Assembly: GCA_963731435.1 (NCBI GenBank)
Contig: CAVSVF010000005.1
Coordinates: 25,526 to 89,525, forward strand
Direction of reading: 5' to 3'
Length of the DNA: 64,000 bases
From: an uncultured Solirubrobacterales bacterium
GTDB taxonomy: Bacteria > Actinomycetota > Thermoleophilia > Solirubrobacterales > Solirubrobacteraceae
Within the stretch, counting starts at the first letter, position 1. Each line of letters opens with the position of its first letter. The notes beneath the pieces were generated by a model, which did not search any database, was not told where the DNA came from, and saw nothing but the letters and a program-made list of their open reading frames with translations. This document shows, one piece after another, positions 33,162 through 42,169 of this stretch. The position numbers and the translations under genes were made by a program.

Positions 33162-34704
33162 GCCTGCACACCGCCCCGCCGCCAGCCGAGCGCACCGAGG
33201 AGATCCTGTCTCGAGGAGGCCCTGGCGTTCGTGGAGCAGCTGCACGCTCGGTTCGGTCAGCGACGCTCTGAGCTGCTGGAGGCCCGGGAGCGGACGAGAC
33301 CCGCCCTCAGGCTTTCTGGAGGAGACCGCCGAGATCAGGGGCGGCGAGTGGCGGGTCGCCGAGATCAGGGATGACTACGCCGACCGGCGGGTGGAGATCA
33401 CCGGGCCGACGGACCGCAAGCTGGTGATCAACGCGCTCAACTCCGGCGCCAGGGGCTTCATGGCCGACTTCGAGGACGCCAACTCGCCCACCTGGCAGAA
33501 CCAGATCGAGGGCCACGTCAATCTGATCGACGCGATCGAGGGGACGATCACCTACGACGGCGCCGACGGACGCCACTACGAGCTGATCGACGACCCCGCG
33601 ACGCTGCTGGTGCGCCCCCGGGGATGGCACCTTCCGGAGAAGCACTTCCTCGTCGACGACGAACAGGTCGCCGGCGCGCTGGTCGACTTCGGCCTGTTCG
33701 CGTTCCACTGCGCCGAGCGGCTGCACAGCCGCGGGAAGGGGCTGTACCTGTACCTGCCCAAGCTGGAGCATCACCTCGAGGCGCGGTTGTGGAACGAGGT
33801 GCTGAGCTTCGCCGAGAACGAGCTGGATGTGCCGGGGGGGACGATGCGGGCGACCGTGCTGATCGAGACGCTTCCAGCCGCGTTTCAGATGGACGAGATC
33901 CTCTACGAGTTGCGCGAGCACTCCTACGGCCTGAACGCCGGACGGTGGGACTACATCTTCTCGATGATCAAGTGCTTCAGGGAGGACGACCGTTACGTGC
34001 TCCCGGACCGCACCGAGGTCAAGATGACCGTGCCGTTCATGCGGGCCTACACCGAGCTTCTGGTCAAGACTTGTCACGCACGCGGGGCCTTTGCCATGGG
34101 CGGGATGGCGGCGCTCGTTCCCTCGCGCAAGGATTCAGAGGCCAACGAGCGGGCGATCGACGCGGTGCGTTCGGACAAGCGGCGGGAGGCCGAGGACGGT
34201 TTCGACGGAACCTGGGTCGCCCATCCCGACGTCGTGCCGGCGGCGATGGAGGAGTTCGACCGCGTGCTGGGCGAGAAGCCCAATCAGGTGGAGCGTCAGC
34301 GCCCCGACGTGGAGGTGACGCCGGAGCAGCTGCTCGACGCCGAGTCCACCCCTGGCGAGATCACCGAGGAGGGCCTGCGAGGCGACGTCAGCGTCGGCTT
34401 CCAGTACATCTCGTTCTGGCTCGGTGGGCGTGGCGCAGCGACGATCAACAACCTGATGGAGGACGCGGCCACCGCGGAGATCGCCCGCTCGCAGATCTGG
34501 CAGTGGATCAGGCACGGCAAGGTGACCCGGGAGCACGTTCGCGAGGTCCTCGACGAGGAGATGCGCCGGATCCACGAGGAGGTCGGCGACGAGGTCTGGG
34601 AGGAGGGCAGGCCCGACGAGACCCGTGAGGTGTTCGAAACCGTCGCCCTCGGCGAGGACTTCCCCACCTTCCTCACGCTGATCGCCTACGAAGCGATCGA
34701 CTAG
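33158..34704 (+). CDS. aceB: Malate synthase A (frameshifts near the 5' end)
   Basis: DRRVEITGP, ADFEDA, VRPRGWHL, LNAGRWDYIFS, DGTWVAHP, LMEDAATAEIARSQ. Confidence 0.95.
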
Positions 34705-34712
34705 GGAGCGGG

Positions 34713-35681
34713 CTACAGCGAGCGCAGCGCGGGCAGCAGCTCGCGCTCGGCCCACTGGATGAACGGGCCCTGGTGCTCGGCGCCGATCTGCACGAGGGCC
34801 ACCTCGGTGAAGCCGGCCTCGATGAACGGCTTGATCTTCTCCACGTGCGTCTCGACGTCGGGTCCGCACCCGAGGCTCTCGGCGACCTGCTCCTGGGTGA
34901 CGAACTGGGTGGCAGCTTCGAATCCCTCCGGGTTGGGGAGGTCGGCGTTCACCTTCCAGCCGAGGCCGAACCAGCGGAACTGCTCATGTGCTCGGCGTAT
35001 GGCGGTGTCGCGATCCTCGTCGTAGCAGAGAGCGATCTGCCCGACCTTGGGCTTTCCGCTGCCGCCGGCCGACTCGAACATCTCCACCAGCTCGCCCTTT
35101 GGCTCCACCGCGATCATCAGGTCGGTCTTCTCCGCGGCCAGGCGGCACGAGGCGCGCCCGGACACGGCGACCCCGACCTCGACCCGCTGATCGGGCAGGT
35201 CCCACAGCTTGGCCTGCTCAACATCGAAGTGCCGTCCGCGGAAGTTGACGCTCTTCTCGCCGTCGAACAGGGCGCCGATGATGTCGATCGCTTCGACCAG
35301 CATCTCGTGCCGGACGCCGACGGCGGGCCAGCGCTTGCCCACCACGTGCTCATTGAGGTTCTCGCCGGAGCCCAGGCCGAGACGGAACCGGTTCTCGGAG
35401 AGGATCTGAAGGGTGGCCGCCTTCTGGGCGACGACGGCGGGGTGGTAGCGGAGAATCGGACAGGTGACGTAGGTCATCAACGGGATCCGCTCCGTGGCCT
35501 GCGCCGCGGCACCCAGAATCGACCAGGCGTAGCCGGAGTGGCCTTGCTCGCCGAGCCACGGCTGGTAGTGGTCGCTGGTCACTGAGAAGTCGAAGCCGGC
35601 TTCCTCCGCAGCGACCACATCCCGAACGAGCTGATCCGGGCGGGATTGCTCGCACATCATCGTGTAGCCGAAGTCGGTCAT
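34713..35681 (-). CDS. F420-dependent LLM oxidoreductase (G6PDH-F420-like family)
   Basis: MCEQ, SDHYQPW, YHPAVVAQKAAT, GSGENLNEH. Confidence 0.9.
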   Translation of the reverse strand: MTDFGYTMMCEQSRPDQLVRDVVAAEEAGFDFSVTSDHYQPWLGEQGHSGYAWSILGAAAQATERIPLMTYVTCPILRYHPAVVAQKAATLQILSENRFRLGLGSGENLNEHVVGKRWPAVGVRHEMLVEAIDIIGALFDGEKSVNFRGRHFDVEQAKLWDLPDQRVEVGVAVSGRASCRLAAEKTDLMIAVEPKGELVEMFESAGGSGKPKVGQIALCYDEDRDTAIRRAHEQFRWFGLGWKVNADLPNPEGFEAATQFVTQEQVAESLGCGPDVETHVEKIKPFIEAGFTEVALVQIGAEHQGPFIQWAERELLPALRSL

Positions 35682-35692
35682 CGGCCACTCCG

Positions 35693-35718
35693 GTACCCAG
35701 GCGGCGCGGGCTCTAACC
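35693..35718 (-). promoter_or_regulatory. SigB/SigF-type promoter
   Basis: Minus strand GGTTA-N15-GGGTAC, 11 nt before ATG 35681. Confidence 0.55.
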
Positions 35719-36543
35719 GGACGACGAAGCCGACGAGCCGCTTCCGGACGAGCTCCGCCCGGACGAGCCGCTTCCGGAGGAGCCCCGCGACGACGCGCTC
35801 CGGCCCGACGACGCGCTCCGGCCTGATGACGAGCCCCGGCCCGATGACGAGCCCCGCGACGACGAACTCCGCCCCGCCGACGAGCTCCGCGAGGACGAAC
35901 TCCGCGAAGAGGCCGAGCGCGAACGCGAAGAGCCGCCCCCGGTCCGCTTGCCGCCCGTACGCCCGCGCGCCTTGGTCTTGCGCTGGCTCCGCGGAATCTG
36001 CTCGCGCACGACGTCCTTGACCAGCCGCTTCAGCTCGGCGTCAAGATACTTGGCCATGCGCTCCTCGTCGCGCCTGATGCTCCTGGCCAGCTTCGCGGTC
36101 TCACTGTCGCCGACTTCCTCGGCGATCGTCTCCAACCGGTTGTAGATGGCGATCTCCACATGCTCCTCACGGAGTTCCTCCTGGGCGTTACGGAGGTGCG
36201 TCTCAACCTGGGGAGTGGTGGCGGCCCGCGCCGCGCCGACCTGACCCTTGACCGCCGCGACCGCCTTGCCGGCGACTCCTCCCACCGCGGCCGGGACACC
36301 CGACGCTCCCGGCAGATCCCGGCCGGAGCCACCGCCGAGCGCCTTGATCCGGGCGGCAACGCGCCGCTTGTGGTCCCGTGTCTCGGTGAGGTGCGAGCGC
36401 AGCCGCTTCTTGTAGGCCATCTTCGCAGTCAGCGCGATATGCGCGGTGAGGTCTGCTTCGAGCTCGGACTCCTTGGCGTGAGCCTCGCTCAGCCACTGCA
36501 CCAGCTTTGCATCGCGCGCGTTCATCTCATCCTGCTGAGCCAT
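35713..36543 (-). CDS. Ferritin-like (DUF892/YciF-like) protein with Ser/Gly/Arg-rich tail
   Basis: EAHAKE, HLTETRDH, EHVEIAIY, DEERM four-helix motifs; low-complexity C-terminus. Confidence 0.8.
   Translation of the reverse strand: MAQQDEMNARDAKLVQWLSEAHAKESELEADLTAHIALTAKMAYKKRLRSHLTETRDHKRRVAARIKALGGGSGRDLPGASGVPAAVGGVAGKAVAAVKGQVGAARAATTPQVETHLRNAQEELREEHVEIAIYNRLETIAEEVGDSETAKLARSIRRDEERMAKYLDAELKRLVKDVVREQIPRSQRKTKARGRTGGKRTGGGSSRSRSASSRSSSSRSSSAGRSSSSRGSSSGRGSSSGRSASSGRSASSRGSSGSGSSGRSSSGSGSSASSSG
35716..35945 (-). repeat. Degenerate coding tandem repeat (about 18-bp units, SSGRSS/SSRGSS)
   Basis: Recurring gacgagccgcttccgg / gacgacgcgctccggcc / gacgagcccc units. Confidence 0.7.
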
Positions 36544-36558
36544 CAGTGTTACCTCTAT

Positions 36559-37221
36559 CTATTTGGTGGTGTCTGGGGGAATGTTCTGCTTGCGAGCCAG
36601 CCCGCGAGCCAGGGCGTCGAGGACCGTCTCGCGGCGGCGGTTGGCCTGCTCGTAGAGCTCTGCGGCTGCGAGCTCCACGTCACTGGCTTCGTCCGCGCGA
36701 GCGATTACGTCCTTGGCGTTCATCCGGCTGTAGCCCTCCCACGGCTCCTCGATGGTGACCTCGGCGCCGGCGCCATCCTCGGCGCCCGGCTCGGCGAAGG
36801 ACTCCACCAGCGTGGCCTCCTCGGAGACGTGCCCACGGTCCTCAAGCTCCGTAAAGACATCCGGGAGTTCCTCGCCACCGGGCTCACCAGGTGGGGCGAG
36901 GTCCGGGTCTGTCGCTGCCGGAGGCGCGAGGTCGGCTTCTGCCACCGGCGGCGAGGGCGGTGGCTCAAAGGTTGGGGTCTCGAACGGCGGGGGCTCGGCG
37001 ACCGCCGAGGCGCCGTTGGACTCCGTTCGGACGCGGGGATCCGAAGCGGCGCTCGCCTCTGGTCCCGGCGCCGGCGTGGAGTCCGTTCCCGGCCTGACGA
37101 CCCTCGCCACGGTGGAGACGACCGCCACGGCACGTTCGGCGGATTGCAGGCCCACGCGCACGCCGAGACTGGCTACGCGGAGGCCGAAGCGCACAGGAAG
37201 GGCTACTAGGTCGGCGGCCAT
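36559..37221 (-). CDS. Hypothetical protein, C-terminus resembles actinobacterial lipid-droplet-associated proteins
   Basis: Amphipathic N-terminus, Pro/Glu-rich linker, PWEGYSRMNAKDVIAR...YEQANRRRETVL. Confidence 0.6.
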   Translation of the reverse strand: MAADLVALPVRFGLRVASLGVRVGLQSAERAVAVVSTVARVVRPGTDSTPAPGPEASAASDPRVRTESNGASAVAEPPPFETPTFEPPPSPPVAEADLAPPAATDPDLAPPGEPGGEELPDVFTELEDRGHVSEEATLVESFAEPGAEDGAGAEVTIEEPWEGYSRMNAKDVIARADEASDVELAAAELYEQANRRRETVLDALARGLARKQNIPPDTTK

Positions 37222-37230
37222 TGGCTCGTG

Positions 37231-37256
37231 TTACCCCCGCCCCCCGCCGGTCAACC
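37231..37256 (-). promoter_or_regulatory. SigB/SigF-type promoter
   Basis: Minus strand GGTTG-N15-GGGTAA, 9 nt before ATG 37221. Confidence 0.6.
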
Positions 37257-37393
37257 TGAGCCTGCGAATTGGCTCAATTGGCCGGGCGGGAACAGCGCAA
37301 ATCCGGTAAATCGAAACCGCATGCATCCTACGATCTCGATTAGGGTAGGGGCCAGCACGATGGGCCGTATCAATTTGCAGGGAGGAGAGACCG

Positions 37394-39274
37394 ATCGTAG
37401 ACCTTGACCCCAGGGCACTGCTGGAGCTGGATCCCCGAGCACTACTCGGGGGCGCCACGAAGCTCGTCGAGCGACTCGGAGACGAGGCGTACTTCGCCGC
37501 GCTGTGCGTGCGAAGCGGCCTCGCCGGACCCGAGCTACCGCACCGCGTCGCCCAGCTCGCGCTCGCGTTTGAGCGCTACGGCATGCTCGGTGGCGCAATC
37601 ACCGCCGGAGGGATCCGTCACGGCGATCGGGTTGCCCTCGTCGACGAGCGCGGAAAGCTCTCCTACAAGGAGCTCGATCGCCGCAGCAACGCGCTGGCCA
37701 ACGGCTGGCGAGATAAGGGCCTGCAGGCAGGCGAGGGGGTCGCGATCCTGGCGCGCAACCACCGCGGCTTTCTGGAGGCAGTGTTCGCGGGGGCCAAGTG
37801 CGGCGCCCGGGTGATCCTGCTCAACACCTCGTTCGCCGGTCCGCAGATCCGTGAGGTGGCCGAGCGCGAGGGCACCGAGCTGCTCGTCTACGACGACGAG
37901 TACGCGGAGATGCTGGAAGGGGTCGAGCTCCCGCACGGTAACTGGCGCGCCTGGACCGACGACGAAGATGACGGCGAGGACACGCTGGAGGCCCTGATCC
38001 GTGCCAGCTCCGACGATGCCCCGCCGAAGCCGGACGAGTCCCCCAAGATCACCATCCTGACCAGCGGCACCACCGGAACCCCGAAGGGCGCCCCCCGCAG
38101 CGAGCCGCGTTCGCTGGCGCTGATCGGAGGGCTGCTCAGCAAGGTCCCGTTCCGCGCGCGGGAGACGACCGAGCTGTGCGTGCCGATGTTCCACGCACTC
38201 GGCTTCGCCCAGGCAATGGTCGGCATCGCGCTGGGCTCGACTCTGGTCGTCCGTCGGCGCTTCGATCCGGAGGAGACGCTGGAGAGCCTGGACAAGCACC
38301 GTTCCTCGGCGATGGTGATGGTGCCGGTGATGCTTCGGCGGCTGCTCGATCTGGGCGAGGAGAAGATTCGCGACCACGATCTCTCCGAGCTGAAGATCAT
38401 CTTCATCAGCGGCTCCGCGCTCGGCGCCGACCTGGCCGAGCGGGCGATCGACATGCTCGGCCCGGTCGTCTACAACCTCTACGGCTCGACCGAGATCTCC
38501 TACGCGACGATCGCGACCCCGGAGGACCTCCAGACCGATTCCTCCACCGTCGGCAAGGTGGTTCGTGGCTCGGTGGTGAAGATCTTCGACGACGACGACA
38601 ACGAGGTGGAAGAGGGCGAGAGCGGGCGCGTGTTCGTCGGCAACATCTCCCAGTTCGAGGGCTACACCGGCGGAGGCGGCAAGGACTCGGTCCAGGGGCT
38701 GATGTCCTCAGGCGACATCGGCCACTTCGACGAGGAGGGGCGGCTGTTCATCGATGGCCGGGACGACGAGATGATCGTCTCCGGTGGCGAGAACGTCTTC
38801 CCGGGCGAGATAGAGGAGCTGCTGGCCTCCCACGAAGAGATCGAGGAGGCCGCGGCGATCGGCGTCGACGACGAGAAGTTCGGCCAGCGCCTGAAGGCCT
38901 TCGTCGTGCTGCGGGACGGAAGCAGCCTGGGCGAGGACGACGTCAAAGGTTACGTTAAGGAGAACCTCGCAAACTACAAAGTGCCCAAGGAAGTTGCCTT
39001 CATCGACGAGCTGCCCCGCAACCCCACCGGCAAGGTCCTCAAGGGAGATCTGGAGGACGACGAGGGCGACGAGGGCGATGACAGCGGCGACGACGCGGGC
39101 GGGGACGCCGACGACAGCGCCGCCAGCGACGGCAAGCAGGACGGCAACCAGGACGGAAAGGCCAAGTCCAAGCAGGGTGCGAAGGCCAAGAGCAAGAGCA
39201 AGAGCAAGAGCGAAGCGAAAGGCAAGAGCAAGAGCGACGATGATGCTGACGAGCAACAGGACGACGATGAATAA
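37394..39274 (+). CDS. Acyl-CoA synthetase (FadD2/FadD12-like) with charged C-terminal tail; start uncertain (ATC 37394 or GTG 37508)
   Basis: LTSGTTGTPKG, YGSTE, SGD, GRDDEMIVSGGENV, PRNPTGKVLK. Confidence 0.88.
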   Translation: MVDLDPRALLELDPRALLGGATKLVERLGDEAYFAALCVRSGLAGPELPHRVAQLALAFERYGMLGGAITAGGIRHGDRVALVDERGKLSYKELDRRSNALANGWRDKGLQAGEGVAILARNHRGFLEAVFAGAKCGARVILLNTSFAGPQIREVAEREGTELLVYDDEYAEMLEGVELPHGNWRAWTDDEDDGEDTLEALIRASSDDAPPKPDESPKITILTSGTTGTPKGAPRSEPRSLALIGGLLSKVPFRARETTELCVPMFHALGFAQAMVGIALGSTLVVRRRFDPEETLESLDKHRSSAMVMVPVMLRRLLDLGEEKIRDHDLSELKIIFISGSALGADLAERAIDMLGPVVYNLYGSTEISYATIATPEDLQTDSSTVGKVVRGSVVKIFDDDDNEVEEGESGRVFVGNISQFEGYTGGGGKDSVQGLMSSGDIGHFDEEGRLFIDGRDDEMIVSGGENVFPGEIEELLASHEEIEEAAAIGVDDEKFGQRLKAFVVLRDGSSLGEDDVKGYVKENLANYKVPKEVAFIDELPRNPTGKVLKGDLEDDEGDEGDDSGDDAGGDADDSAASDGKQDGNQDGKAKSKQGAKAKSKSKSKSEAKGKSKSDDDADEQQDDDE

Positions 39275-40580
39275 GGCCGCTGTACGGCTGGCCAGGTTGG
39301 GAGGCGCCGCGGCGCTGCTCCTCGTTCTCATGGCAATGTTCGCCGCCGGGGCAGAGGCGCTCCCGGGACTCGGCTCGCTCACGCGAGGGCCGGTGGCCGG
39401 TGCCCACGTTGACCTCGGCTGCTCCAACCCGGCCAATCACCGCAACCCCGGCCAGGTTCTGTCGGCGGCCCAGGTCAAGGCCGGCGGGCCGGTTCGCTGT
39501 TTCTCCAAGGCGATCGCCTTCGGCCGTCGACAAGGCCCGAAGCTGATGGCCGGGCCCACGGGCCTCGGGCCCAAGCAGATCCAATCGGCATACAAGCTGA
39601 CCGGGCTGCTCTCGCACGGCAAGACCGTGGCGATCGTCGATGCCTACGACGATCCCAAAGCGGCCAGCGACCTTGCCACCTTCCGCAGCGCCTACGGCCT
39701 GAGCGCCTGCACCACCGCCAACGGCTGCTTCACCAAGGTCAACCAGAGCGGAGCCGCCAGCCCGCTGCCCAGCGGCGACTACGGCTGGAGTGAGGAGATC
39801 AGCCTCGATCTCGATGCCGTCTCCTCTGCGTGTCCCGACTGTCACATCGCGCTGGTCGAGGCCAACTCGGACAGCACCTCCGATCTGACCACCGCCGAGG
39901 ACACGGCAGCCAAGCTGCACCCGGCGGCGATCTCCAACAGCTGGGGTGCCAGCGAGGATTCGACGATCCTCGCGCAGGACGTGCACTTCAAGCATCCGGG
40001 GATCGCGATCACCGCCAGCTCCGGCGATAACGGATACGGGGTCAGCTGGCCCGCCTCGTCGCAGTACGTCACCGGGGCGGGCGGCACCACCCTGGCCACC
40101 GCGAGCAACGCCCGCGGCTGGACCGAGACGGCCTGGTCGGGCGCCGGCAGCGGCTGCTCCGCCTACGAGCCCAAGCCGGCCTGGCAGCACGACAGCGGAT
40201 GCGCCAAGCGGACCGTCGCCGACGTGTCCGCCGACGCCGACCCCAACACCGGTCTGGGCGTTTATGACACCTACAACAACTGCGGATCCAGCCGCTTCTG
40301 CGACATGCTGATCGAGTACGGGATCGTGCAGGGACTCGACGGATGGGCACAGGTCGGCGGCACCAGCCTGAGCTCGCCGCTGATCGCCTCGAGCTACGCG
40401 CTCGCCGGCAACAGCGGCTCGGTCACCTATGGCAGCTATCCGTACGGGCACACCGCATCGCTGTTCGATGTCACCAGCGGCTCCAACGGCACGTGCTCAC
40501 CGTCCTACCTATGCACCGCGGGGTCGGGGTACGACGGGCCCACCGGGCTCGGAACACCCGACGGTACCGCGGCCTTCTAG
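39267..40580 (+). CDS. Secreted S53 (sedolisin-like)/S8 serine peptidase
   Basis: Signal peptide MNKAAVRLARL..., AIVDAYD, EEISLDLD, ISNSWG, SSGDNG, GGTSLSSP, YDGPTGLGTP. Confidence 0.88.
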   Translation: MNKAAVRLARLGGAAALLLVLMAMFAAGAEALPGLGSLTRGPVAGAHVDLGCSNPANHRNPGQVLSAAQVKAGGPVRCFSKAIAFGRRQGPKLMAGPTGLGPKQIQSAYKLTGLLSHGKTVAIVDAYDDPKAASDLATFRSAYGLSACTTANGCFTKVNQSGAASPLPSGDYGWSEEISLDLDAVSSACPDCHIALVEANSDSTSDLTTAEDTAAKLHPAAISNSWGASEDSTILAQDVHFKHPGIAITASSGDNGYGVSWPASSQYVTGAGGTTLATASNARGWTETAWSGAGSGCSAYEPKPAWQHDSGCAKRTVADVSADADPNTGLGVYDTYNNCGSSRFCDMLIEYGIVQGLDGWAQVGGTSLSSPLIASSYALAGNSGSVTYGSYPYGHTASLFDVTSGSNGTCSPSYLCTAGSGYDGPTGLGTPDGTAAF

Positions 40581-40671
40581 GTCACTCATAGGCGGAGCCC
40601 GCTCGCCGCGGCCGGGGCCGAGTGCCCGGGCCGGCGGCGGGCCCGCCAGCCTGCCCACGTAGACTCGGCTC

Positions 40672-41025
40672 GTGCTGATCCTTCCCCCTGGGCATGCCGT
40701 CGAGACGGCGCAGCGCCGCCGGCTAACCCTGCGGGAGCGATGGATGGTCGGGGGGGTGCTGGGCGTCGTGCTGGTGCTGGCTGCGGCGGTGGCGGTCGCG
40801 CTCGGCACCGGCGGTCACTCCAGCGCGAATGGCTGCGTGTCGGTGAACCTCCCGTACTCGACCGGTGGTCAGGAGTTCTACGCGTGCGGCGCCCGGGCGA
40901 GGGCGATGTGCGGCGCCGTCGGCACTCCCGGCGCATACACCGGGGCAGCCGGTCAGGCGGTCAGCACGCAGTGCCGCAAGGCGGGGCTCCCGGTCGGGAG
41001 CGGCCACGGCCGGGACGGCGGATGA
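40672..41025 (+). CDS. Small membrane-anchored Cys-containing hypothetical protein
   Basis: One TM helix, four Cys; TAGACT -10 6 nt before GTG; ATGA overlap with the next gene. Confidence 0.6.
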   Translation: MLILPPGHAVETAQRRRLTLRERWMVGGVLGVVLVLAAAVAVALGTGGHSSANGCVSVNLPYSTGGQEFYACGARARAMCGAVGTPGAYTGAAGQAVSTQCRKAGLPVGSGHGRDGG

Positions 41026-42110
41026 GCGACCCCTCGGAGTTCCGAGCCCTGTTCCCGGTGCTGGAGCGGGTTTCCTACCTCAACGCCGGCACCGAGGGAC
41101 CCATCCCCTCGGCCGGCGGGCAGGCAGCCAGAGCGCGAATCGAGCTCGAGATGGAGCGGGGGAGAGCCGGCCACGAATACCACGAGTCCGTCAAGGACCT
41201 GGCGGCGCGGCTGCGCGAGGGCTATGCACGCGTGCTCGGCAGCAGCCCAGAGGAGGTCGCGCTGACCGGGTCCACCACCGACGGTGTGAACACGGTTCTC
41301 GGGGGACTCGACCTCCAGGCCGGCGACGAGATCCTCACCAGCGACGAGGAGCATCCGGGCTTGCTGGCGCCACTCGGCCGAGCCCGCCTGCGTCAGGGGG
41401 TGACGGTCAGAGTGGTTCCCTTCACGGAGCTTGCGAGTGAGGTGGGTCCAGCGACAAAGCTGATCGCCTGCTCCCACGTCTCATGGGTGAACGGCCGGAT
41501 CATGGACGTGGCGGCGCTGCGAAGCACCGGGGTCCCGGTCCTGCTCGATGGTGCTCAGGGAATCGGTGCGGTCCCGGTCGACGTCCGCGATCTGGGCTGT
41601 GATTTCTACGCCGCCTCGGGACAGAAGTGGCTCTGCGGACCGGAGGGAAGCGGGTGTCTCTATGTCCGGTCGCAGCGGCTGGATGACCTGCTCGTGCCGT
41701 GGCCCGGGTACGGCTCGCTGGAGGATCCCGAGCGCGCGCTGGAGCTCGTGCCGGCGGCCGCCGCTGCTCGCTTCGATCACGGCTTTCCCGTGGGGGTCCG
41801 GAGCGCCTGGGCACTGGGATCGCTGGAGGTGTTTGAGCAGGCGGGGTGGCCGTGGGTCCACGAGCGCTCGGCGTCGCTGGCGGCGTGGCTGGCCGAGGAG
41901 CTGCGGGAGCACGGGCTGAAGGTCGCTCCGCGCGGTCGTTCCACCCTGGTCTCCTGGGAAGCCGCCGACGCGGAGGCCGAGGTGGATCGGTTGGCCGCGG
42001 AGGGCATGGTGGTGCGCAGCATCCCTGCCCACCAGCTGGTCCGGGCTTCCGTAGGTGCGTGGTCCTCAGAGGAGGAGCTGGACCAGCTGGTCCAGCTGGC
42101 GGCCGCTTAG
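41022..42110 (+). CDS. Aminotransferase class V (cysteine desulfurase / C-S lyase-like)
   Basis: YLNAG, STTDG, EEHP, SHVSW, LDGAQ, SGQKWLCGP (PLP lysine). Confidence 0.9.
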   Translation: MSDPSEFRALFPVLERVSYLNAGTEGPIPSAGGQAARARIELEMERGRAGHEYHESVKDLAARLREGYARVLGSSPEEVALTGSTTDGVNTVLGGLDLQAGDEILTSDEEHPGLLAPLGRARLRQGVTVRVVPFTELASEVGPATKLIACSHVSWVNGRIMDVAALRSTGVPVLLDGAQGIGAVPVDVRDLGCDFYAASGQKWLCGPEGSGCLYVRSQRLDDLLVPWPGYGSLEDPERALELVPAAAAARFDHGFPVGVRSAWALGSLEVFEQAGWPWVHERSASLAAWLAEELREHGLKVAPRGRSTLVSWEAADAEAEVDRLAAEGMVVRSIPAHQLVRASVGAWSSEEELDQLVQLAAA

Positions 42111-42169
42111 AACTGGTGCGGCGATGGATCGCCGCTTATAGTCGGCTGGCAGTCACCGAAGGGAGAGAG

